Source: Candidatus Multivorans azotirespirans (GTDB lineage Bacteria > Acidobacteriota > Thermoanaerobaculia > Multivoradales > Multivoraceae). Taken from it: 64,000 bases of DNA. Location of the stretch: contig JAPVXD010000198.1 in assembly GCA_027493095.1 (NCBI GenBank), forward strand, positions 30,253 through 94,252. The letters run 5' to 3'. The position numbers and the translations under genes are program-made. A model generated the notes under the pieces. That model searched no databases and was not told where the DNA came from. It saw nothing but the letters and a program-made list of their open reading frames with translations. Positions 8,901 through 18,000 of the stretch are shown in pieces (the stretch's first letter is position 1; each line of letters starts with the position of its first letter).

Positions 8901-10762
8901 TGGACGGTGAGCGATCCTCCCTCTTCCCGGATCATGCTCTCGACGCGGTCGACGCCCTCGACTTCCTGAATCGTCTCGAGACGTTCAAAGACGCGGACGG
9001 CGGAGTCGAGGCTTCCGCGGCCCTCGGGCAGGCGGACGGAGAGTTGGACCTGATCGGCGATAGGCGCCTGGCCCGGTCCGCTCGAAGCGACCAGGAACAG
9101 GGCGGCGATGACGCTCAGGACGACGGCCGTGACGACACCCGTGATCCAGCTCGCCGGCCGGCGCAGGGCGGAGGCAAGCACGCCCGCGAACAGAATCCGC
9201 GTGGGGTCGGGCGGCACCAGTCCGCCGAAGCGTTCGCGGCGTTGACGCAGCTTGGTCAACCGTCGAATCGCGGCCGGTGCCGCGAGATGCCGCGCCAGCA
9301 GGGGCACCAGTCCGATCGCCACCAGGAGGGAGCCGAACAGCGGCAGCAGGATGGCCAGCGACAGGAGCGCGATCAGGTTCTGGATCAGGGACGACTCCAG
9401 GTCGACGATGACGGCGGGCAGGAAGACGATCGCCGTCGTTACGGAAGCGGCGACGATGGCGCGGCCCGTACGCCGGATGCCCCCGGCCGCGGCGTCGTCG
9501 GGACTCCTGCCGCGTTCCAGACGGCGCTGGACGGACTCGAACACGACGACGCTGTTGTCCACGATGAGTCCGACGCCGATGGCCAGCCCGAAGAGCGTGA
9601 ACAGGTTGAGCGACAGACCGGCCACGTAGAGGAAGGAGAGAGCCACCGCCAGACTGACCGGCACGGCGACCGCGACCACGGCAACCGCGCGCCACTGGCG
9701 GAGGAAGAGGAACAGGACCAGGAGCGCGATTCCGAAACCCGAGAGACCGAGGTTCCGCAGTCGGTCGATCTGCGTTTCGACCAGGTCGGCGGCGTCGAAG
9801 CTCGGGAGCAGGCGGATGCCGAGGGGAGTGAACTCCTCGTTGATCTCATCGATCCGGCGGCGCAGATCGCGACCGAGCCGCACCAGATTGGCGCCTTCCT
9901 CCTGGAACACCATGACGCCGACCGACGGCTCGCCGTTGACCCGGTACAGCATCTGACGGCGGCCCGAGCCGATCTCGACGTCGGCCACGTGGCGAACCAG
10001 GACGGGAAGGTCGGGGACCACCCGGACCTCGCCCATCGACACCGGGCCGGCTGGCCGGCCGTCGAGCATCACCGCCGTCCGCCCTGCCTCGTCCTCCAGG
10101 CTGCCGAGGTAGCGGAGGCGTCCCGCCGCACCGCGCACCGCCGCGGTCACCTGCTCCGTCGTCACGCCGAGCGCGGCACAGCGGTTCGGGTCGACCCACA
10201 CGGTCAGCTGGCGCGAGGCGCCGCCGCCCAGCATCGCCTGGCTGACCCCCGGCACCGCGGCCAGCCGGGGCGTGATCATCTCGTCGACCAGATCGTACAG
10301 TGCATCCTCGTCGTCGGAACCGGTCACCTGCAGGATCATGGCGAAGCTCGAGAAGACACTGGTGTCGTCGGCCTGCACGTCCAGGAAGGCGTCTCGCGGC
10401 TGTGTCCGTGCGAGATCGGCGGCGATGCGGCGCATCTCGAGTTCGCGCACCTTGAGATCGACGCCGCGCTCGAAGCGGACGGTGAAGCTGCCGGCGGCGC
10501 CGCTGACCTCGCCCCAGGTCTCGGCTACCCGGGGCAGTGTCCGGACCCGGGCTTCGAGCGGCATCAGAATCTCCCGCTCGATCGTCTCCGGTTCGCTGCC
10601 CGGGCGGAAGAAACTGACGTAGAGCGAGTCGCCCGTGAGGGCAGGGAACAGTTCGACGGGAAGTCTCTGCCAGGCGAACCCGCCGAGCATGACGAGTGCG
10701 ACGAAGAACATCGTCACCGCCACCGGGCGGCGGATGGCGAGCGTGTCGAGACCGGCTTTCAC
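5945..10762 (-). CDS. RND efflux permease (AcrB-like, about aa 1-1056) fused via 2 extra TM helices to an ABC ATP-binding domain carrying an internal 4-TM-like insertion (aa about 1057-1605)
   Basis: Single uninterrupted 1605-aa ORF.
- N-terminal part has RND hallmarks: AIRRPVAVTMFFVALVMLGG, GLAIGVGLIVDNSVVVFESV, RARPVLMTSATTV.
- C-terminal part has Walker A GPNGAGKTT (6707-6733), signature YSGGM (6422-6436), Walker B IIVVDEP (6356-6376) and H-loop FSTHVV. Confidence 0.85.
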   Translation of the reverse strand: MKAGLDTLAIRRPVAVTMFFVALVMLGGFAWQRLPVELFPALTGDSLYVSFFRPGSEPETIEREILMPLEARVRTLPRVAETWGEVSGAAGSFTVRFERGVDLKVRELEMRRIAADLARTQPRDAFLDVQADDTSVFSSFAMILQVTGSDDEDALYDLVDEMITPRLAAVPGVSQAMLGGGASRQLTVWVDPNRCAALGVTTEQVTAAVRGAAGRLRYLGSLEDEAGRTAVMLDGRPAGPVSMGEVRVVPDLPVLVRHVADVEIGSGRRQMLYRVNGEPSVGVMVFQEEGANLVRLGRDLRRRIDEINEEFTPLGIRLLPSFDAADLVETQIDRLRNLGLSGFGIALLVLFLFLRQWRAVAVVAVAVPVSLAVALSFLYVAGLSLNLFTLFGLAIGVGLIVDNSVVVFESVQRRLERGRSPDDAAAGGIRRTGRAIVAASVTTAIVFLPAVIVDLESSLIQNLIALLSLAILLPLFGSLLVAIGLVPLLARHLAAPAAIRRLTKLRQRRERFGGLVPPDPTRILFAGVLASALRRPASWITGVVTAVVLSVIAALFLVASSGPGQAPIADQVQLSVRLPEGRGSLDSAVRVFERLETIQEVEGVDRVESMIREEGGSLTVHLVEEDERPEGLTARRVRQLLRPPARRAGAELLNPGEGEGPGGRGGGGGGRGGGAQELLGGGPSRVVLSGNDNEQLTDLAAQVTERLREIEGIAGAYPAVRPGPDELHVSPNRRAFDTFGVLLDEVLPMLNLAGREGTRINTGYPLDSGRELPIVVQRSEERRDEAEPPNDSSLDRDVSLSGLQRLRVSTGAGVLPVAALAQVRQAPPSPVITHHNGVREREVFYTLSPDVPRRGPARDAFDRSLDEAIASIHRPAGTTIALDRSGESTNWFRRIVVPVVLLVFLVLAVTFESMTLPILVLIALPLALLGSVWALVLTGIGFEAMALLGALVLLGLAINPAVLLVDRMQQHTLGAGWSAGAAALAAVRERARPVLMTSATTVAALAPLSIATGRENEIWPPFATLVIGGLLTATLLTLLVIPVGFVFLRRLDELFSRVGPWVVLTWLGAVIATTAPLFAFGVIESMFWQITTTVLIAGALLGLTVWLLPKPPSPEPETAAGPPKLVVRHLRKTYGLPGPVRRALRATADFARRVAAQGGRAFEPADARDRLLPLLLLFAGAVALAARMTGGLIILGVLIAILLIGSRLLREIRRARGHADELGRVKPGGVEGVLTALLSWALLAWLVVPEMVADPEVAGFIALAIVSTVILLVQLGRRTARLETMRREQRTSRRRRARGWRGQLLRLWRAAATKVFGLDLPIDTVKALAAVSFEAERGMVGVLGPNGAGKTTLLRQLTGILDSTRGRITLGGVPLLSVRTRLARYVGYLPQDAGLPPRLTARQYLEYYAALYQIDTSERAERISTLLREVGLDERADEQIGGYSGGMRQRVAVARTLLRLPPIIVVDEPTVGLDPRERVRFRNLLSRLAKDRIVLFSTHVVEDVAVACDRVLVLSRGRMVFDGHPAALSREAEGRVWSWRTAGEEEVPELPEGAVLADQKPEPDGTSSLRVLAAGRPDERAAPAEPTLEDGYLWLARAVRTEAPA

Positions 10763-10775
10763 GGCGCGTTCCGGT

Positions 10776-13700
10776 TCAGGCGTCCGCGGTCCGCCGGCGG
10801 CGCCGGGTCAGCCTCAGCGAGTCGAGAATCAGGTACAGGCAGGGCAGCACGAGCAACGAGCCCACCGTCGAGGTCACGATGCCGCCGATGATCGTGTAGG
10901 CCATCGGGCTGCGCAGTTCGGCCGCCTCGCCGGCGCCGACCGCGAGCGGCAGAAGAACGAGCACCGTGGTGAGCGTCGTCATCAGGATCGGCCGTAGCCG
11001 GATCGCGGCGGCCCGGGCCAGGGCGGCTCGCCGCTCGATGCCCGCGGCCATCAGCCGCCGCGCCGTGGCGATCAGGAGGACGGCGTCGTTCACTGCGACA
11101 CCCGCGAGCACGATCAGCCCGAGCAGGGCCATCACGCCGACCGGCCTGCCCATCGGCCCCAGCGTGCAGGCGACGCCGAGCAGGGCGAGGGGGATCGAGA
11201 ACAGCACGGTGAGCGGTTGCAGGAGGGACTCGAACGTTCCGGCGAGCACCATCAGGACGAGAACGATGGCCAGGATGCCCGCGAGTCGCAGTTCGGAGGT
11301 GGCGCGCAGACGTTCCTCCTCTTCGCCGGCCAGGCGCACGATCAGGCCGGGGGGAAGCTCTGTCGCCGAGATCGCGTCGTTCGCCGCGGCGATGGCACGT
11401 GGATAGTCGCTGCCCTCGGCGATTCTGGCGGTCACCTGCGCCACCCGCCGCTGGTCACGACGAAAGACCTCGCGCGCTCCCTCAGTCGGCACGAAGCGCG
11501 CGACCTGGCCGAGGACGAGATCGGCTCCGGCGCTGCTCGTGAAGCGCAGTCCGGCGAGCTCCTCGGGCCGGGGTTGGGGCAGGGAGAGAACGACGTGGCG
11601 TTCCTCGTCGCCGACCGACAGGAGCGTGACCCTGCGGCCGTCGAGCGCGGACTGGAGCACGCGGGCGATCGTCTCGAGATCGACCCCCAGGCCGTCGGCC
11701 ATCGCCCGGTCGAGTTCGATCCGCAGTTCGGGCGGGCCGCCCTCGAAGGACGAACGCACGTTCCAGAGTTCGCCATGGCCGGCAAGCGCGTCGCGGAGGC
11801 TGGTTGCCGCGGCCCGCAGATCGGGGAGCGACTGACCGGCGATCTCGACCACGATGGGCGGCCCGGACGAGCCCAGGGCTTCGGCGAGCGCCGAGGTTCC
11901 GACCTCCCATTCGATCTGGGTGTCGGGCAGATCGGTGAAGTTCGGAGACAGCGCGCCCACGAGCTGGCTGCCGGTGGGACCCTCGGCTGACAGGCGTACC
12001 AGGAGCCGGGCGGTGTTCTCCTCGGTCAGTTCAGTCGTGACCAGCCGGTCGTCCTCCGGCAGCCGCCCGACCTCGGCCTGAATCGCTTCGAGGTGCTCGC
12101 CGGCGGCCTGACGCACCGCCTCTTCGAGCGTGGATACCGCGGCCGCGGTCGCTTCGACGCGTTGGCCCGGTGGCCCGACCATGCGCACCGAGAACTGTCG
12201 CGGGTCGGCCGGCGGAAGGAGTTCGCTGCCCAGACCGAGCAGGACGTTCACCGCGGCCGCGGCGGCGAGCACGGCGGCGCCGACGACGAGCCAGCGCAGG
12301 CGGAGGAGGAACAGGACGAGTCGCTCCAGCGCACCGAAGGCCCAGCCGAGGGGACGCGCCTCGCTGTCGTCCGGATCGGCCGGCGGCGTGACGTCGGCAG
12401 CGTGTTCCGCCTCTGCGACCCCGGCCGCCGGTCTGGCCCGCGGCAGGAACCAGCGCGACAGGGCCGGAATCAGCATCAGCGCGACGGCGAGCGACGCGGC
12501 CAGCGAGGCGGTGACGGTGAAGGCGATGCCCTCGATCAGGCGTGCGGCCAGTCCCTGCACGAAGAGGACGGGCAGGAAGACGACGCAGGTGGTCAGCGTC
12601 GAGGCGGCGATCGCCCCGGCGACTTCGCCGGTACCGCGGGCGGAGCTCTCAGCCGCCGAAGCGCCGGGACGGTGGCGCCGGTGGATGCTCTCGACGACGA
12701 CGATCGCGTTGTCCACCAGCATGCCGGCGCCGAGTGCCAGTCCGGCCAGGGTGATGATGTTGAGCGAATGGTCCCAGAGCCGCATCGCGAACAGGGCGAC
12801 GAAGAGGGAGACGGGCACGGCGGAAGCGACGACCACGGTCGGACCGAGCGAGCGCAGGAACAGGGCCAGGACGACGACGGCCAGGGCGATGCCGACCAGG
12901 GCCGCGTTCTGCAGGTCGGCCATCGCATCCTCGACCAGGGCGGCGTCGTCGTTGACCATCGACACCTGGACGCGGGGCAGGTCGAGTTCGAGGTTCTCGA
13001 GCGCCGCGCGAACGGTCCGCGAGACCTCGACCGTGTTCGCGCCGGCCTCCTTGAACACCTGCAGGCCGACGCCCTCCTGGCCGTCGACTCGTACCAGGTG
13101 GTCGATCTCCCCGTGGACGACTTCGACCTCGGCGACGTCGGAAACGCGGATGGGCTGGCGGACCTGCTCGCCGCCCGACCCCGCCTGGGTGCGGTAGCGG
13201 ATGACGACTCGCTCCACGTCCCGCGGGTTGCGGAAACGGGAGATGCCGCGGACCAGGAAGACCTGGCCGCGATCCTCCAGGGTGCCGGCGTCGATGTCGA
13301 CGTTCTCGGCCACCAGGCGCTGCTCCAGTTGGCTCAAGGTCACGCCGAACGCCTGCAGGCGGTAGCGGTCGACCCGCACGCGGACCTCCAGGTCGCGGCC
13401 ACCTAGAACGCGCACCTCGGCGACGTCGGCGAGCTGCTCCATCGCCGGCGCCACCTGGCGTCGTGCCAGGCGCCGGAGTTCGGCGAGATCGGGGCCGCCC
13501 GGTTCGGAGGCCAGCCCCAGGGTCATGACCGGCGACTGCCTCGGGTCGAGCTGGCGGACCAGGACCTCGTCGACTTCGGGGTCGGCCGCGACCGGGTTGA
13601 TCGCCTTTTGGACTTCGATCAGCGCCAGGTCCATGTCGGCTTCCCAGTCGAAACGCACGGTGGCGATCAGCCGGCCGGTCCGGGCGACCTGCTGTACTTC

Positions 13701-13958
13701 GCGGATGCCGCGCACGGTGAAGAGGCGCTGTTCGACCTGTTCGCCGTAGAGCCGCTCCATCTCCGTCGGGGGCCGGTCGCCGGATCGCACCGCAACCACG
13801 ATCGTCGGCGAGCGCAGGTCGGGGAGAAGGTCGATCGGCAGTTCGCGCCACGACATCCAGCCCACGAGGGCGAACGCCAGCGCGGTGACCGTGACCGCTA
13901 CCGGTCGGCGGGCGGCGAGGCGGGCCGGGCCGGAACCTCCACCGGGAGCAGCGATCAC
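10776..13958 (-). CDS. RND efflux permease (AcrB/AcrD/AcrF family)
   Basis: 1060 aa. RND hallmarks: RRPVAVTVTALAFALVGW, GLALGAGMLVDNAIVVVESI, IRLRPILMTTLTTVL. GGGAGG RBS lies 10 nt upstream of the GTG at 13958. Confidence 0.9.
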   Translation of the reverse strand: MIAAPGGGSGPARLAARRPVAVTVTALAFALVGWMSWRELPIDLLPDLRSPTIVVAVRSGDRPPTEMERLYGEQVEQRLFTVRGIREVQQVARTGRLIATVRFDWEADMDLALIEVQKAINPVAADPEVDEVLVRQLDPRQSPVMTLGLASEPGGPDLAELRRLARRQVAPAMEQLADVAEVRVLGGRDLEVRVRVDRYRLQAFGVTLSQLEQRLVAENVDIDAGTLEDRGQVFLVRGISRFRNPRDVERVVIRYRTQAGSGGEQVRQPIRVSDVAEVEVVHGEIDHLVRVDGQEGVGLQVFKEAGANTVEVSRTVRAALENLELDLPRVQVSMVNDDAALVEDAMADLQNAALVGIALAVVVLALFLRSLGPTVVVASAVPVSLFVALFAMRLWDHSLNIITLAGLALGAGMLVDNAIVVVESIHRRHRPGASAAESSARGTGEVAGAIAASTLTTCVVFLPVLFVQGLAARLIEGIAFTVTASLAASLAVALMLIPALSRWFLPRARPAAGVAEAEHAADVTPPADPDDSEARPLGWAFGALERLVLFLLRLRWLVVGAAVLAAAAAVNVLLGLGSELLPPADPRQFSVRMVGPPGQRVEATAAAVSTLEEAVRQAAGEHLEAIQAEVGRLPEDDRLVTTELTEENTARLLVRLSAEGPTGSQLVGALSPNFTDLPDTQIEWEVGTSALAEALGSSGPPIVVEIAGQSLPDLRAAATSLRDALAGHGELWNVRSSFEGGPPELRIELDRAMADGLGVDLETIARVLQSALDGRRVTLLSVGDEERHVVLSLPQPRPEELAGLRFTSSAGADLVLGQVARFVPTEGAREVFRRDQRRVAQVTARIAEGSDYPRAIAAANDAISATELPPGLIVRLAGEEEERLRATSELRLAGILAIVLVLMVLAGTFESLLQPLTVLFSIPLALLGVACTLGPMGRPVGVMALLGLIVLAGVAVNDAVLLIATARRLMAAGIERRAALARAAAIRLRPILMTTLTTVLVLLPLAVGAGEAAELRSPMAYTIIGGIVTSTVGSLLVLPCLYLILDSLRLTRRRRRTADA

Positions 13959-13985
13959 GGTTGCCCGACCTCCCGGCGGGCGGCG

Positions 13986-15059
13986 CTAGCCGGACACCCG
14001 GACGCGTGTGCCGTCGGTCAGGGTTTCGAGTCCGCGCACAACGATCCGCTCGCCGATCTCGAGCCCCTGGCGGACTTCCGCGATCTCGTCGTCGCCGAGA
14101 CCGAGCACCACCTCGCGCCGCACGGCACGCTGACCGTCGAGCACGAACACGACCCGCCGGCCGCCGCGCTCGGTGACCGCTTCGCGGGGGATGACGGGCA
14201 CGGCGTTCCGTTGTTCCACGACCAGGGTCACCTCGACGAACATGCCGGGCCGCAGCAGGCCTCCAGGATTGTTGATCGCCACTTCGGCGCGGAAGGTGTG
14301 GGTTGTCGGATCGACTTCGGGGGACAGGCGGACGACCGCACCCTCGAAGGTGATGTCTTCCCAGGCGAAGTGTCGGAGCCGTCCCTTCTGGCCGGGGTGG
14401 ACCCGTGCGAGTTCCGGGCCCACAAGGTCGATGTCGGCCACGAGAGAGTCAACCGGGGCGATCCGCGCGACCTGGAACCCCGGCGACACGAGCTGGCCGT
14501 CCGCGATCGGCATGCCGCTCGTGTCGCGGGCAAGCTCCATCAGCACGCCCCCGATCGGGGTCAGCATTCTGGCGCGGTCTTCCGTCAGCAGGCTCTGCTC
14601 CCAGGTCGCCTTGGCGTCTTCGAGCGCGGTCTCGGCCCGGCGCAACTCCTCGGCGGCGATCAGTTCCTGCTGGAACAGCCGGGCGCGGGCGTCCCGCTCG
14701 GCGAGAGCGCCCTGGTAGGCCTGGTGCGTCGCCCCGACCCGGGCCGCGAGTCGCGCATCTTCGCCCGTGACTTCCGCGATCATCTGGTCGGGGACCACGC
14801 GATCGCCCTCGGCGAGCCGACTGCCGTTGTTGTTCCGCCCGATCTGGAGCCGACCCGGTGTCTCGACCTGGAGCACGATGCTCTCCGCGGCGCGCAGGGT
14901 GCCGGTGGCGACAATCAGGTCCTCCACATCGCCGGTCCGGACCTCGGCGGCGCTGACGGGGACCAGGAAGTCGACGGTGTCCGTGGTGCCTGCCGCGTCG
15001 CAACCCAGGACGAGCACGCAAGCGGCTGCCGCCGCGCCCAGCCACTGCCGCGCGCTCAC
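13986..15059 (-). CDS. Efflux periplasmic adaptor (membrane fusion protein, HlyD/AcrA family), lipoprotein
   Basis: Start trimmed to the GTG at 15059, which overlaps the upstream stop (GTGA). N-terminus VSARQWLGAAAAACVLVLGC has a lipobox. The rest shows the usual MFP layout: a coiled-coil hairpin region (AERDARARLFQQELIAAEELRRAETALEDAK), then lipoyl and beta-barrel regions. Confidence 0.85.
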   Translation of the reverse strand: MSARQWLGAAAAACVLVLGCDAAGTTDTVDFLVPVSAAEVRTGDVEDLIVATGTLRAAESIVLQVETPGRLQIGRNNNGSRLAEGDRVVPDQMIAEVTGEDARLAARVGATHQAYQGALAERDARARLFQQELIAAEELRRAETALEDAKATWEQSLLTEDRARMLTPIGGVLMELARDTSGMPIADGQLVSPGFQVARIAPVDSLVADIDLVGPELARVHPGQKGRLRHFAWEDITFEGAVVRLSPEVDPTTHTFRAEVAINNPGGLLRPGMFVEVTLVVEQRNAVPVIPREAVTERGGRRVVFVLDGQRAVRREVVLGLGDDEIAEVRQGLEIGERIVVRGLETLTDGTRVRVSG

Positions 15060-18000
15060 GGCGCCCCGCCTCCGCCGGTCGGGTCGGCGCCGGCGCCGTT
15101 GTCGAGGCGCACGAAGCGCACGGCGTCGGCAGCCACGACGTTGCCGGTCGTGTCGTTGCTCAGTTCGAGTTCCACTGTCCCCGGGGCGAGATCGAAGTCG
15201 CCCAGCACGGCCCAGCCGATGCCCGCTCCCTGGGCGTCGAAGTCGATGGGACGGGAGCTCCCGGCGTTTCTGAGTTCCAGGTCGTAGGTGCCGAGGTTCA
15301 GGCCGAAACTGACGTTGACCTGCACGCCGTCCCCGCCGTCGCGCGGGCGATCGCCTTCGTTTCCGATCCGCACTTCCCGCCTCACCTGGCCGCCGCCCGG
15401 CACCGGTGACAGGGAGGGTACGTGCATCTCCACCCGCCAGCGCCCGGCTTCGGGCAGTTGGGCAGTGTAGGTGGCGCGGCGGCCTCCGTCGCCCTGCGCG
15501 ATGAGCGCGGTGGTCCGGCGGTAGCGTCCCCAACTCGAAGGCTGTTCGTACCGGGACCAGTCAGCCGGAGTGCCGCCGAAGATCGAGTAGACGGGCAGGC
15601 CCTGGTCGGTTTCGAGCGTGGGGGCGAAGATGCCGGCAAGGCCGCCCTGGAGCCGCATGCCGTTCGCCTCGGCTTCGTCCGTTTCGACCGAGAAGCCGGG
15701 ATCCAGGTCGTCGACCACGATGGTGCCGGCGCCGCCATCGAGGAACGCCGGCGTCCAGTCGGCCGGCCGGACGCCGCGGAGCGGTTCACTGTCCGAGATC
15801 GCCTCGTCGTCGAGCCGGGGCAACTCGATGGAGAACTCACGGCGGTTCAGGGACAGGTACGGGGATGCGAGCATGGTCCCCGGCGGTCGGGACGTGACGA
15901 GTCCGAACTCGACCGTCGTGTGCCCGGGGATGAGGACCGGCTCGCTCGAGTCCCAGCGCGCGCCGCCGGGGGCACGGACGGCGTAGCGGAGCCGGAACAG
16001 GCCGGGCGCCGCCTCGCCGTTGCGGACGAACAGCCGGGTCTGGTACTGCGGCCCGCCCTGGTCGTCGTCCGGCAGGCGTTCCAGCTGCGCCGGGGAAACG
16101 AGGAAACCCGGCAGGTCCGTCTGGTGCAGGAAGTCGCCGACGAGACCGGGCAGATCGACACCCGCTTCCTCGGCGGCGCTGTGAAGATCGGCGGCGGTGA
16201 AGGTCGAACCCCGATGATCGCGCAGCAGGTTGGCGATCATCGCGGCGGTGCGCTCCCGCCCGGCGCCGTCGAGTATCGCCGTGGCCAGGGCGGAAGTCTT
16301 GAGGTAGAGCGCGTTCACGGCTTGCTTCGGGTTCTCCTCCACGTCCATGTCGGTCAGGGAGCTGCTGAGAACCGCGTCCCAGACACCGGGTCGGTCCGTG
16401 AGGGCCTTGACGATGCCACTGGCGGCCGAGCCGCCGCCGGCCGCGAACTGGCCGGTGAACCCCCCCTGCATCACGTTCGCCATCGTCCAGCCGAACTCGC
16501 GGTCGAACAGGTGAGCGGAGAAGTACGACTCGCCGCCGTTCACCAACTGGTTCACCAGGTTGTGGCACAGCGCTTCCAGCGCCAGGGCCTCCGGGCCTCG
16601 TGCGCCGGTCTGATACAGGAAGACATTGCGGATGCCGCCGGCCTCCAGGTTGCCGCCGGAGTAGTCGAGGCGGAAGAACTGCTGGAGCCCGTTCGCTTTC
16701 GCCCTGGGCAACCCGCCTTCCTCGTCCTCGAACCGCTCCGGATTGCGGAACCGGAACTCGAAGCGTGCGGTCGGCAGGCTGCTCTCGCTGATCAGCAGCA
16801 TGCCGGGCGGGGCGCGCTCGGTGTCCATTCGCCAGCCGCCGCCGTAGGAACGGAGCGTCCAGGGGACCTCGACGAGGCTGAACTGCCTGTAGGGATAGGG
16901 CATCCCCAGTTCGCGGGCGGTGGCGAAGCGGTCGGCGGCGACCTTCTCGATTTCGGCCCGGGCGTCGGCGAAGAAGTCCAGGTTGCGCAGGTGGTTCGGG
17001 TGGAACAGGAGTTCGACTTCGACTCCTTCGACCTGTGTCGTCCGGCGGTCGAATCTGCCCGCGACCAGCATGACCTCAGGCACCGGGCCGGCGGGCGCGA
17101 ATCGCTGGCTTTCGCCCGTGAGCTCGGCCATGCCCGGTCCCGCGACCGTCCAGCCGGAAGGGGTTCTGACCTCGAGGTCAAGCTCGAAGAAGTCCCGCGA
17201 GCGCCGTCGCGGGTCATCGGCGCCGACGGACGCGCCCGGACGTGGGAGCCACGCGAGAGATGCGGGGAGCGCGACGTGGCCGCGTTCGACGGAACCGCTC
17301 AGGCTGCCGAGCATGACGATCTGCGCGTCCTGCCACTCGCCGGTGTTGTAGTCGATCGCCGAATCCAGATAGGCGAAGCGGAGGTCGGGCCGTCCGCTCG
17401 CGCGCACCCGGATCCCGGTGACCTGGCCTGCCGGTGGCGTCGAGCCGAGGTGGACGTCGAGCAAACCGTTCTCGTGTTCGAAGTCGAGCGCCTCACCGGC
17501 AGCGTTCCAGACGCCCTCCACCCGCAGGCCTGGATTCAGGCTGAACATGGCTCCGGAACCGGTCGCGGGCAGGAAGTGGACTTCGAGGTCGAGGGCGAGC
17601 CGCCCGCCTCGTTCGATGCCGACCGAGCCCCGGATCGTCTGAAGGTCGACGATCGCTTCGGCACGCCGTTCCTCGTGTGCGGCGCGCCAGGCGTCCCTTT
17701 CGGCGATCTGGTTGCCGCTCCACGTGATCGCCGTGAAGATGAGGACGGCGCCGGCGGCCAGGCCCGCGCCGCCGGCAACCCCCCACAGGCGGCGCTTCGC
17801 GTCGTCGAGACGGGGGTGGATGGCGACCGCGGTGGCCAGCAGGCCCGCCGCGAGCAGGGCGAAGCTGCCCCGGTTCACGAAGTTGAAAGCGGTCCAGATC
17901 TGGGGCGCGACTTCCGAGATGTTGCTGATGAAGCCGCCGTTCAGGGCAAGCGGCGGCAGGAGGTAGACCGGGATTCTGAACGTCAGGAAGGTGCTGCCGG

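Noticed and set aside
6954-10891. Several long plus-strand ORFs (6954-8231, 7109-8644, 8900-10891 and others)
   Set aside because: All are antisense to the RND-ABC fusion gene. Their translations are low-complexity Arg/Gly/Asp/Pro strings, whereas the minus strand carries unambiguous RND and Walker motifs.
12093-15287. Plus-strand ORFs of 355-559 aa over the RND and adaptor genes
   Set aside because: Shadow ORFs opposite well-supported minus-strand genes, with no recognisable domains.
13986-15533. 515-aa version of the adaptor ORF
   Set aside because: The upstream 158 codons overlap the preceding gene and encode Arg/Pro-rich junk. The GTG at 15059 gives a lipoprotein signal peptide and a 4-nt coupled overlap.
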